A DNA stretch of 64,000 bases from positions 248,001 to 312,000 of the forward strand of contig JAVKOQ020000022.1 in the NCBI GenBank assembly GCA_031835245.2, given 5' to 3'. The translations under genes and the position numbers were made by a program. Shown one piece after another: positions 38,790-51,133 of this stretch (its first letter is position 1; each line of letters opens with the position of its first letter). The notes under the pieces were generated by a model. The model made no database searches. It was given only the letters and a program-made list of their open reading frames with translations, and had not been told where the DNA came from. This stretch comes from Balamuthia mandrillaris. Lineage: Eukaryota.

Positions 38790-41700
38790 ATGGAGGGACA
38801 TGCATGTTGGGAGGAGCAACGGGGGCGCCATCCACAGGAAGCTGGAGAAGAGGAGCCGAGGCAACAGCAGGACAGGGCGGCGCTGTGGAGAGAGGTCAAG
38901 GAGTGTTTTGAGGCGGCGGCTCGGTTTCGTGGCTGGATGGACGGCTCTGGCGACGTGGCTGCCATCAGCAAAGCCCCTTGGTTCAACAAGGTACCTCTTC
39001 TCTCATTTTTCACTCTTTATTTGTTGTTACGTTCGCTTCCTTTTGCCTCGTTTCATCTCTCTTTCGTGCTAACCATCTTATATCTTTGTTTGTACACCAA
39101 AAAAAAGTTACTTTGTGCAAAGTATGTCGTGGAGCCACTCCCAACCTTGCTCGATGGCAAAGACGAATGTTGCGTGGAAGATGACACTCATCATGCTCCG
39201 CTTGAGGTCGATGTGGTTGATGGGGATGGGGTTGCTTCTTCGGACGCAGAGACTCGAAACGAAAACAAAAACGAGGATGAAAAGCAGGAAGAGGAGGACG
39301 ACACGCACGAAGCAGATCGAGAAGAGGATGCTGTAGTTGAGTCAAAAGATGAAAATGACAACCCAGTGGAAGTTGGAGAACAAGCAGTTGCAGAAGCAGA
39401 GGAGGACGTAATTGAAGAAAAAGGCTTTGGTGAGGGAGAAACAAGTAAAGTAGGACGTGAACAAGAAGAAATGGAAGAGGGATACGAGTTGGAACAACAA
39501 GCACCTGAAGAGGCGGATGAAGAGAATGAGGAAGAGGCGGAAGAAGAGGATGAGGAGGAGGATATAGAGCTGGTGGAGAAAGAAAATGTTGAACATGACG
39601 AGAGAACATCCTTGGCCATTAAGTTGGGACAATTGCAACTGGGCTCTTTGTCAGAAGTCAGCGAAGAGGAAGAAGACAAACCAGAAGTGGAAATAGAAAT
39701 GAAGGAAAAGGAAGAAATGACAACGAAGGATACAAAGGAAGCGGAAGATGGAGAAGAGGGGGAAGAGGAAGAGATACAAATGTTCGAAGATAACAAGGTT
39801 GTGGCGGATGAATTGCACCAAGAGGAAATAACCAACGAGGAATATGAAGAAGAGACGGAAGAAGCAGAAGATGACGATGATGAGCAAGAAGAACGTAAGC
39901 TTATGGAGGATGAAGGGGAACAAGAAGCAGAACAGGAGATTGAGAATGAGCAGACAGAAAACGAAGTGGAGGAAGTGGATACTGAAGAGAACGAAGAACT
40001 TCCCCCAACGGAAGATGAACAAAATGAAGAATTGGTTGAATCAGAGGAAGAGGAAGTCCTTGAAGAAGCGGAGGAGGCTGCAGAAGACGAAAAACTCATC
40101 GGAGAAGAGAAAGTAGGCGTACTGGAGGAAGAACACTACCAAAATGAAGACGAAGCGGAGGAAGAAACGGACACTAATGCTGAGGAAGTTACAACTTGTG
40201 GTGAGGAGGAAGATGGAAGACAAACAGAAACGGAACAAGAATTCACAACCACAGAAGCCGAAGACGACTATGAAGAGGACGCAGAAGAGGACTACGACTT
40301 GGAAGAACAAAAAGAAAGCGAAGAAGAGGAAGAAGAGGAAGAAGAAATCGATGAACAACAACTTATTTTACAGCAGTTGGAGCAACTTAATATTTTCGAC
40401 AATCACCAAGAAGATGAAGATGAGGAGCAAGATCAACCGCCTACCAAAGATGTGACCACTGAGACATCACAAGAGGAACTTGAATATGAACTTGATGAAG
40501 AAGAGGAATACGAAGATGAAGATGAAGATGAAGACGAAGAAAATGATGAGAAAAATTACGAGGACGAGTACGAGGAAGATGAGGAAGAAGAGGAAGAAGA
40601 AGAAGCGGAGGAATTACAGGTGATGAAAGTGCGTGAATCAACAACAGAACGGAAAGAACCAAATCAGCATGAAACATGTAAAGCACTGATTGTGGAAGAA
40701 GATGAAGATGATGTAAACAAAGAAGCAGAAGTGGACGACGAGGAAGACGAAATTGAAGGGGACGAAGAAGAAGAACCTGAAGAAGACGAACAGGCTGAGG
40801 ATGAAGATATGTGGGGAGTGGTTGTGGAAGGGGACGATCTTTCTGAAGAGGAAGATGCATTCCTCTTACCTGCAATCAACAGCGCATCCACTGAGCAACA
40901 AGAGCGCGACGAAGAAGTAAAGTTGGGAGAAGAAAAACAAGACAAGGAGGAAGAAGGAGATGCAGAGGAAGAGAATGCAGAACAGCAGAAAGATATAGAA
41001 GGAGAGAGCGATGAAAAGGAAGAGAACCATGAGGAAGAGGAAGAAGATGAAGAACTGGATTTGCTTGCACCAACTAGCGTTGCCAACAAGCCACGAAGAA
41101 GGTTGAAAAAGATCGTCATAGAGAGCGACTCCGAAGACGAATGTGAAACAGATGAGGACGAACGCTCTATTATGCCAAGAGACAACTCAGCGAGTCTGAA
41201 AGACCAAGAGGAACCCGAAACAAACGTTTTTGATGACGAGGAAGATGCAGATGCAACAAGTGAAGAAGAAGAAGAAGAAGAAGAAGAAGAACAGGAAGAT
41301 GTAACGACAAGAATTATTGTTGGAGATTGGGATGAGGAAGCTGAAGAAGTTAACGACGTCGAAGATGATGATGATGATGAAGAGGACGAAGAAGAGCAAG
41401 TGATCGGTGGTGTTGACGACTTATTGGAGGATGTTGCCGACGAAGACGCAGCTGAAGACGATGAATACCAACTGGATGATTCTTTCATCAACGACGAAAG
41501 CGAAGAACTTGATGACGACGAAAATGAAGAAGAAGAGGTGGTAGATGATGATGAAGAAGAAGACGAAGTTGATGAGGCAGACGAAGATGAAGATGAAGAT
41601 GAAGAAGAAGAGGAAGTCGTCATAGTACAGAAGAAGAATGATGGGAAGAGCAGAACGGAAAGAATGAACGAGAGAATGAAGAACTTTCGCAAGGACAAAC

Positions 41701-43155
41701 AGCAACGGGAAGAGCGTCAACAACCAACCACTCCTTCTGCATCCATTCTCCCGACACCAGAAAAGTCAACAAAGCCAAGGCACAGCATCAATCGTCTCAA
41801 GTCGTTGTTGCTCTCTGTTTCACCTTCTCCTACTTCAAACAAGAAACGGATCAGCACTCATCAAACAAAAGACAACGACAAGGAAAACGTATCAAAGAAC
41901 GACAAAACAAACAACAGAGAAGAAGAAAACAGGCCTCGTCTCATTTCTTTCTGTCCTTCTCCCGACTCTTCTCCTTTCTCTTCTTGTGAAGGGGAACAGC
42001 AACCACCAAAACAAGCATTACCTCCAATTCTCTCCACACCTTTACCTCCACAACAACCAGCTACACCAAAAAAACGTGTCCCTTCAACTATGGTTGGTGG
42101 CTTTGCAACACCAACAACCACAACAACACATTCGGGCATCCCTGCTCGAAGCATTCGAACTCTTTTCACGCCAACAACCACAAATACATCAGCTTTTACT
42201 CCAAAAACAACAATAGCGACAAAGACTACAAAGACAAATGTTGTGCCTTCTTCCTCCTCCTCTTCTTCTGCTTCATCCATCAAACCATCATCTGCCGTGT
42301 CGCAGAGAACGACAACAAAGACAACGAAAGCGGTAGAAGGAGGAGGATACACTCCACGATTGTTTTCCAAGTATCGCAAAGAATTGGCGGAGCAGCTTTA
42401 TTGTGAGCTAAACAAAAAGTGCTTTGATAACAAACTGCCAGCCGACATGAAGCTCGAATGGGCCATTCGACTGTTGACAACTGCTGGTCGCACCCAGCTT
42501 TTGGTGTGCCTCTTCTCCTCTTCTTTCTTTTTCTATTCTCTCTTCTCTTTCTCCCATTCTCGCTTTTTCTCTCTCTCCTCAACATTGTTTCCTTCATCAT
42601 TCTAACCTGAAAAACAACAGAGGACGAATGGCAAACGATCGGCCTACATCGAATTGTCGGTCAAAGTATTGACGAGCTATCCACGTCTGCGTGACACACT
42701 TGCTCATGAGATGTGTCATGCTGCCGTTTGGTTGCTAGATGGCATTACGGAATCCTCCGAGTCTTCTCACGGCCCCACCTTCTGGAAATGGTTCTCTTTC
42801 TATTTCCTTGCGCTTCTGTTTCTCTTTTTCTCTTCTCTTTTTTTGCTTCTCTCTTGCCCTTTCTATGCTTCTCTAACAGACAATGACCTATAAACAGGGC
42901 GAGAAAAGTGGAACAAGGATGTCCCTCCATCTCCGTCACAAAGTATCACAACTACAACATTCAACACAAGTACAAGTACCAATGCACCAACCTCAAATGC
43001 GGCAAGATCTTTGGTCGCCACTCCAAATCGGTTGACCTGGAGAACGACCGCTGCAATCGCTGTGCTTTCAAGCTGCGGCTCTTGCCTCGCATGAAGAAGG
43101 ATGGCACTCCTGCTGCTCCACGTCAAGGCAACGCTTTTACATCTTTTGTCAAGGT

Positions 43156-43197
<42 letters not shown>

Positions 43198-43335
43198 CTT
43201 GTCTCTCTTGGTCTAACAAAGAATGAAAAATAGGAAAACTTTGCAAAAGTGAAGAGCGCACAACCACCAGGGACGCCGCACAAACAACTGATGGCTGTGC
43301 TTTCGGAACAGTACAAAGCTTCAAAACCAAAGTAA
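38790..43335 (+). CDS. GCNA: GCNA/ACRC-like SprT metalloprotease with very long acidic disordered N-terminus
   Basis: Long Glu/Asp-rich region, then LNKKCFDNKLP..RLLTTAGR, IELSVKVL..RLRDTLAHEMCHAA (HExxH), HGPTFWKW, C2C2 finger YQCTNLKC..RHSKS..CNRC, and HMG-like NAFTSFVKENF..HKQLMAVLS. Confidence 0.88.
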
Positions 43336-43396
43336 TCCAACCCTTTTTTAATAGTATGTACAAAAAACAATCAAGTTTATTGCTTTTGTGTTTCGC

Positions 43397-45184
43397 TTAA
43401 ACACTTTCATCTTCTTCGTCATCTGAGCTACTTTCCGAGTTGTTCTTTCTGTCTTCTATTCGTTGCATCTCTTCTTCATCCTCTTCTTCATCCGCTTCTC
43501 TCTTCTTTGCCGCGTCCTCCTCTTGTTTTTGGGTTATGTGCATCAACTTGGTTGTGTATCTCTCGTCTATGTCCATGTGAAGAATGAGCAAAGCCTGCAC
43601 CATCAACGCCAAAGCGCTGAGAATGTGCCAAATGTCGTGAGCATCCCAAAAGTCATCGATGAGGCAGTTGCTGTTCAGTTCTCTCGACTCTTCGGGTCTA
43701 TTTTGCAAAAGTTAATCCAAACAACAAATACTAAACTAAACGATAAGGGAGAAAATACCGAAGTTCTTTGTCGGAGGTAGACAAGACGGAGAAAAAGACC
43801 AATGCAGCCACCCATATGGCCAAAGTACACACCACTAAATATATCCACAATACATACACCAACCACTTGTATCGAAACCCTTTCATAGAACAGTTTAGTA
43901 AAACGAGGGAGAACAACGCTGAAAGATTAAAGAACGAACCAGCAGCAACAGTAAGATCATAAGCGCCACGGGTACGAGGATCCGTTTTGCTGGAAAAACA
44001 TCCTTTGGCCCCACGAATGATCTTTTTGAGGATGTAGTAAGCCACCCAATAGAGAGAGCTGCCCACCATTAAAGCTAATAACGTCTTAGAGAGATCCGAG
44101 TTCGGCTGATACCAAATTATGGCGAGAACAATGATGTACCTGAAGTCAAGTAATGTTAGCACGAAAAGAAAAAGCAAGAAGAAGAAAGCAGAGACGAGGA
44201 AAGGAGGGAAGCAGAGAAGACGAGCGAAAGAACGAGAGGAGTTATTAACCAAATAGCACCGGCGATGAGACGATAAGGGTGCCAAGGACTGTGCCAAATA
44301 CGTTCCCACCGGCTAGCACATAATCGTGACAAAGACTTTTTCTTTCGATGCGGTTCGGTTGATTTGAGGGCAGTGCTAACCTCTTTCGTATATACAAACC
44401 AAATGTAGACATTGAGGATGATGAAGGCAAACACTGTGAGGATGGCTTTGAAGATATAGCGAGGAACCGCTTTATCCTCTAGGTCCTCTTCGGTGTCGAT
44501 CAAAGAGCCAATGTAGTTGAGCAGCAGCAAGACGGCGAAGAAACTGAAGGGCATCCATGGTGGAAATGTAGTATGAAAGTATTTGCGGTATATTTCCACG
44601 ATAACAATCCCTTTTTATGCAAAAGTATTAACACTGAGACATGAAAGAAAATCGTCCGTCTAGAACAGAACGAACACAAAGAAGCAGAGAAGCAGAGTGG
44701 AGTACCTGTAGCAATGAACATGAACGCAGTGTCAAACTGGAATATCTGTCTCGTGGGACAAATGTGATATATAGCGGAAAGAATTCCAACAAAGATGATC
44801 GCTACTGCAATACTGAACATAACATAAAGATCGGATGGGACAAGATATCTCAATCTCAATACCTGTAAAGATAGCATATTGCAGTAGGATCAGAAAATAT
44901 AACGAAGCGAATAACGATAATAGAGAAAAGAAAGCAATGTACGCGTAATAAAACCAAGTACAGAATGAGAGTAAGACCCGCCCACAAGTAACCAACGTTC
45001 GACCAGATGCTGTTGGAAGAGTGAACTTCTTCATCTGGTTTTAAGCATAATTCGTTATAGAAGCAAACATCCCTGTCGCCTTCATCTCGAAGAACTTCGG
45101 CCTCTCTGTTATTTTATGTAGGAAACACGAGAAAAGGAGGAGCGTTGAGAAACAGAAGCAGAAGAGAGCATGCGCAAGAGAGCG

Positions 45185-45238
<54 letters not shown>

Positions 45239-46666
45239 AGAGGGAGAGGGGAGAGGGAGAGGGAGAGAATAGAAAACCTCGAGACAACTTGAACGGCTGG
45301 AATGACATAAAAGCATCCACACAGAATAATATAGGGCACATAGTTCCACTCCGGCTGGTTCAAGGGGAGCTCTTTTAGCTTCGAGTGATACTTCTTGGAC
45401 CATTTGTCCAACCATCCACTTTTGTTAAGAAAGATGACCAAAGCCAACGAGACAGAGCAGAGCAGCACGCATGCAACAGGAAAGATGAAAAGAAGGACCA
45501 ACGTTCGTGAATAGTACGAACTGTAATCCAAGCCATATTCCACTTGGATGGAAAAAGATTTGGCGGTTGTTGGGGAGGAGGAAGAGGACTGTTTGGTTAC
45601 GCCGAAGAACCAACGCCCCTTTTTGAGTTCCGGTCTGAACTTGGCAACCGTGAGCCGAGCCTGAGTGGAGAAAGTGAGATAAGCATCTCCTTTGTCTGGT
45701 TTTTCGTCCAAGTCTGAAGAGGAAGAAAGGATGAGAAAATAAGAAAGAGATAGAGAAGCAGAGAATAAGAAGTAGAAGAAGAGGAAGAAGCAAGAAGGAA
45801 GGAGCAAGAAGCAAGAAGCAAGAAGCAGAAGAGAAAGAAGAAGAAGAATTCTGAAAGAGCCACTAACCAAGTGGTGAGTAAAGCTGTTCAGGGCATCCCT
45901 CAAACTGAGCCTCCAAGGTGGCCGCCTCATCGCTGTCCGAGCTGACAGTGACCTGGAGAGGAGCATCCGTCCTCGTCACATCGAAATAGAAGAAGCTGGT
46001 GTTGAGCGCGGAGGCATAGCCTATCCGCTTCTCGCCTTCCTGCAAAGAGACGTCCAAAAGCTGAGGGTAGAACGTGTAACTCGCTGACGGCGTTCCGAAA
46101 AACTGGAACCTGTAGAGGGCGATCGGTGAACCAGCATGGCTGCACAACGACACCTCCGAGACCGTTATATTGGGCGGAGCGGCCTCCACGCTTTTTTGTT
46201 GTTGAGACATGTGAGCAAAAGAGAGAAGAGAGCGAGAACGAGAGAAGCTGAGAAGGTGAGAGAGAGTGAGTGAGAGAGTAAGAAGAGAGATTTACACTGG
46301 TGGAGCGGCAACGTCAAAGATGTAGCGAAAGTTTTGGTCCGTGATGTGAGCCTGAACAAATGTCGTTGGATCGGCCACTTCCAGCACAACATCCAACAAC
46401 AAACCATCTGTTTGGAATGTTTTTTTTTTAACTGTGAGTTTAAAAAAAGCCCACAACAACAAAAAACAAAATAAACCTTGAGCGTTAAGCGAATAACTGA
46501 TCCCATCTCCGACGGTGCCGTTGATGACTTGTCCGCTTTCTACTTGCACTTCTTGCGCAGCCACGGAGAGGTTGGGGTCGTGCTGAAGCAGAAGGAGGAG
46601 GAGAAAGAACAAGAAGAAGCACCCCAACGAGGAAGACCGCTGAGTGATGGATGATGATGCTCTCAT
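43397..46666 (-). CDS. SID-1 transmembrane family protein (SIDT/CHUP-1-like)
   Basis: Signal peptide and ectodomain, then GDRDVCFYNELC..SNVGY, LSAIYHICPTRQIFQFDTAFMF and PEESRELNSNCLIDDFWDAHDIWHILSA, all characteristic of SID-1. Confidence 0.9.
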
Positions 46667-47151
46667 TTCCTCTTAAACAAATGGCCAAAATGTGCAAGGT
46701 GTGTTGCGTAGGTTCAATCTTTGCATCTGCGCGCAAAGAGGAGCTCTTCTTTGTCGCGAGGACCAAGTGACCGGTGAGAAATGAAACGGATGAATACGTA
46801 TTGAGGAACGTGCTTCCCTTTCGTCTCCTGTCATTATCTTCTTTTTCTGTTTGTTTAATTTTATAATCCCCCATAATTACCCGTAAATTCCCGCTTTCCT
46901 TTTAAAGCGAGAAGCGGACATCACTTTTTCTTTATATGTAACATGTTAACGTCAGCCAACATACTTCAAATCCGTGAAATTCCTAAGCTCACGTGTGGAT
47001 ATCATTCCTTTTTCCAACTAATACCTTAAATCGGTAGAACGGCAAAAAACAGATGGGCTCACCTTAAAATCAAACAAAGATTTTTAGGATGTCGTCCAAT
47101 ATTTAAGGTGCTATAACTCCCAACACAGAAAAACATTACAGCACAAGAAAA

Positions 47152-48691
47152 ATGGAGGAGGAGGGCTTGACGCACACCTCCACCACCTCCCGCTCCTTCA
47201 CCGCTCCCACCCGCTTCTTCCGGAGTTGCTTCTCCGCCTCCTCTGCCTACTCCAAACAACTCCACTCCACCCATGACCTCTCCTCGTCCTCTCCGTCCCT
47301 TCCTTGGCAGCAGCTCTGCCTCCGCGCGCGCCCCCTCCTGGTCAACCTCTCCATTGTGCTCGTCCAGCTGGGCTTTGCGGTGATGAACGTCAGCGGCAAG
47401 CTGAGCCTCTCCTCCTTCCACCCGATGGTCTTCATGCTGCTGCGCATGTGGCTGCCCTTGCCGCTCATGCTCCTGGCCTTCTTCTTCTTTGAGGGGAGCG
47501 GGGCAAGGAGCATGGCGGTCTTTTTGGAGAGGCGCAACGTGGTGACCATGCTGGTGGTCAGTTTCTTTGGCATGTTCCTCAACCAGTCGACCTACGTTTG
47601 GGGCCTGCAGAACACCACCGCCACCAATGCTGCCACTATTTATCTCTCCATTCCGGTATGCTTTATTTTTCCTCTTCGTTCTTTTGGTTCCTTCTTCTTG
47701 TGCTTGGCTGTTCTTCTTCTTGTTCTTGCTGTTGTTCTTGCTCCTCTGCTTCTTTTTATTCTTCTCCTTTTTCTTCTACTTCTGCTAAAGCTCACTCTTT
47801 CTTTCTCAACAGATTTGGACAACGGTAATTTGCTGTTTGTTTCGTGGAGAGCCAAAGACGTTGCTTAAGTTTCTTGGCGTAGGCACTGCCATCATCGGTG
47901 CCCTCATCATGCTTCGTGTGGAGCAGTACACTCTCTCCGGCAGCACTCTCATCGGCGATGCAATCATTCTTCTCCAGACCTTCATCTTCTCCATCTACCT
48001 CATCTGGGTCAAACCCATGACCAAGGACTTACCCTCATGCGGCGTTACCTTTTGGATGTTCTTCTTGACCGGCCTCTTCGTTCTTCCCTCCGTTCCTTTC
48101 CTTCAACAGGAATGGAGCGACCTCTTCTCCACTCTATTTGAAGGCGACAATCGAGAGGAGCGAGTGCAACTATGGGTGATGTTGGTGGTGGCAATACTCT
48201 TGGGCACGGCGATGCCTTACCTGCTCATGATTTGGGTGTTGCAGTACGCCTCGCCGGTGACACTGGCGGTGTACATCCCTTTGGAGCTGTTGATGACGGC
48301 AGTGATGGCTGGATTTTGGTTGGGAGAGAGCTTTGGTTTGAGACAGGGTTTCGGCGCGGTGATCATTTTGGTGGGCTTGTTTGTGGTCACTTGGGCAAAG
48401 ATGAGAGAAGCAGCGGCCAGCAAAGCGACGACAACGATGACAACGGCGGACATAACGACAACAACAAAGATGGAAGGAGAAACTTTGTTGGAGAATGCTG
48501 CATTGGAGATGACCAGTGTGGTGATCGTGGATGAACTGGAAGGGAGAGATGAGGAGTCTATGGGGCTTGGGCTTGAACAGCAAAGAAAGGATGACGACCG
48601 GATAGGAGAGAACGACTCAGCACAAAGAAACGAGGACGAGAAACCTCTGCTTCAGCTGAGCGACCAAGACGATACAGAAGAAGGGATATGA
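47152..48691 (+). CDS. EamA/DMT-superfamily transporter
   Basis: Two EamA-like halves (GLQNTTATNA..PIWT; ASPVTLAVYIPLE..GESFGLRQGFGAVIILVGL). Intron 47656-47812. Confidence 0.88.
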
Positions 48692-48876
48692 AATGTCGAC
48701 AATAAACCTTCCTTTTCAAGACGTCATGAACTTTCACTGGTCGACATAAATATTTTTGATTTTTGATTGGCGCTTTGAAATTTAGTGTAGATCATTAGTT
48801 GCACAATTTGTTCAACATTTAAGCACGTTTTGTTCAGTGAAAGAAGGTTGGCAACGAAAAGAAAAAAGAGAGAAGA

Positions 48877-49524
48877 ATGAAGCGATGGGTGTTGCAGGCA
48901 AGCCTTTGTGCCGGCACCACGGCGTGCGTTGCTGGCGAGTGGTGGCGGTCCACAACAGACACCAGAGAACAGCCGTTCTCTCTTCTCAGCGGTCGTTCTG
49001 CCACGTTTTTCTGTGCCGCTGCCCCTACTTCCCCGGATGAAAGTGATGAACATGTCATCAGCAGCAGCCACAAACAAGAGGAAGGAGAGGATGGGCCCAC
49101 GATGCCCCTGCGTCTTGAGCTGGTGCAAGTCATCACTAGGCATGGCCTTCGAACGCCCATCTCCATCATCCCCGCTGACAAAACTTCTGTTTGGCGCTGT
49201 CCTCATGAGCAACTTTCGGTCTTGACTCTCAACACCTCTTCTGCTTCTCCGCAAGCTACAGAAGGAGGAAAGAAGGAAGAAGAAGAAGAGGAGGAGGAGG
49301 AGCCGCGACTGGAACTGCTGCACAACAGAGAGAAGCATGCCTTTTTGGAGGACGTTGTCCCTTTGCACCACCTCTACAGGAGAAAGTATGAGGAGGGGAG
49401 ACAGAAGCTGCGCGGCAACTGTCACATGGGACAACTCACCTCGGAGGGCCTCTTGCAAATGAAAGAACTTGGTTCGTGCTCATCGTGCTCTTTTCAACTT
49501 CTCTCTTGCTCTGCTCTCTAGCAT

Positions 49525-49557
<33 letters not shown>

Positions 49558-51065
49558 GCTCTTTCTTTCTTTCTTTCTTTCTGTTTCTCTAGCATTATCT
49601 CAAGAGCAGCGTTCAACTTACCATGTCTCTCTCTTGTCAGGAGAAAAGATGAGGGAGCGATACGTGGAGCGGTTGCGGTTCTTGTCGCCACAGTTACACA
49701 AGCGAGACCTCTACGTGCGCAGCACAGCCACCAACCGCACATTCGAATCTGCTCAGAGCCTTCTTTGGGGCCTTTATCCTCCATGGACTCGTCCATCTGG
49801 CAAAGTATTTCCTCCTTTTCTTGCTATTGTTCGCTTCGTTGTCTTTTCGCAGGCTTCTATTTTTTCGTTGCTCCTATCTCTTTCGATTGTGTTACGGTAT
49901 TTTGACGCTCATTTTGTTTGAAAGGGAGGCATGATGACTATCCATATGATTGAAAGTAGGATGGAGAATATGTATCCTCGCTCTGGCTGTGCCAATCTCA
50001 CTAAGTGGATTAAACAGACTAGAGAGAGCAAAGCTTCTGTCCAGCGCTCTGTCGAGCACGCCACCTGGAAGGTATTGTTCTCTTCTCTTCATCGTTCTCT
50101 TCTCATCTCATTATGCGTTTCATCAGAAACAATTGGAGGCTGCGTTAGACAAAACGGTAAACTCGTGGTCAGCACTCAACAGCACACTCCAGAGCATGCA
50201 AGCACACGGGCATGAGTTTCCACCAGGATTAACTTTGGAAATGGCACAACGCGTGCGCGAAGAAGCCGATTGGCACACTCTTCTCAAATTCGAACAAGAA
50301 CGAGTTTGTCGTTTGGGCATCGGTCGTTTCGTTCAGGACGTTCTCCAGCATGCACAACGCGTTGTCGAACCACAAACTGCTGAAGGAGCAACTGAAAGAC
50401 AGAAGAAGTTTTTGCTTTATTCGGGGCATGACAACACTCTCAGTCCGTTTTTGAGCGCGTTTCGAGTGTTTGATGGAAGACAGCCTCCTATGGCTTCTGC
50501 CATTGTTATAGAGACTTTTGTGGATGCCAAAGGAAAGCACTGGGTGCGTTTTGTGTACAACGGAAAGGATATGTTGCTCGGTGGAAACGAACCAGACGAA
50601 TACTTGATAGACAGTTATCATGCTTCCTCTTCTGCTCATCAACAATGTGGAGAAAATGGAAAAGAGACAAAGCAAGAAGAACAGGAAACGGAGAAGGTAG
50701 AACAACAAGAACAGAATGCAGAGCATAAGAAAGAAGAGGAAGTAGAGACAGAAGAACAAATGAAGAAGCGAGAAAAGAAAGAAAAGAAAAAACGGAAGCA
50801 AGCAGCAAAAGCTCACGAACAACAACTAGAACGAGAGGCCATTCGCAAACAAGAGAAATCAACTCGCATCCCAACTCGTGGAAAACATGTGTTGGCCCAA
50901 GTGATCGTAGAACAGGAAGAGAAGAAGCAAGATGGCAATGATAACGATGTGCTTACGATAGTGACGGAACGAATGGTGCTGAGTCCGTTTGACGAGTACA
51001 AAGCACGAGCGGAGCGAATGATCCCTTCAGACTACGACAAAGAGTGCGAGGCGAACCTTGACTGA
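48877..51065 (+). CDS. Histidine acid phosphatase (ACP6-like)
   Basis: VQVITRHGLRTP, GQLTSEG, VRSTATNRTFESAQSLLWGLYP, LYSGHDNTL, PPMASAIVIE. Confidence 0.9.
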
Positions 51066-51133
51066 TCCTTTTGTAAGTTTTTGTTTTTAAATTCATTTTC
51101 ATTTGTTTTTATTCATCCCCACTGTTGTTGTTG

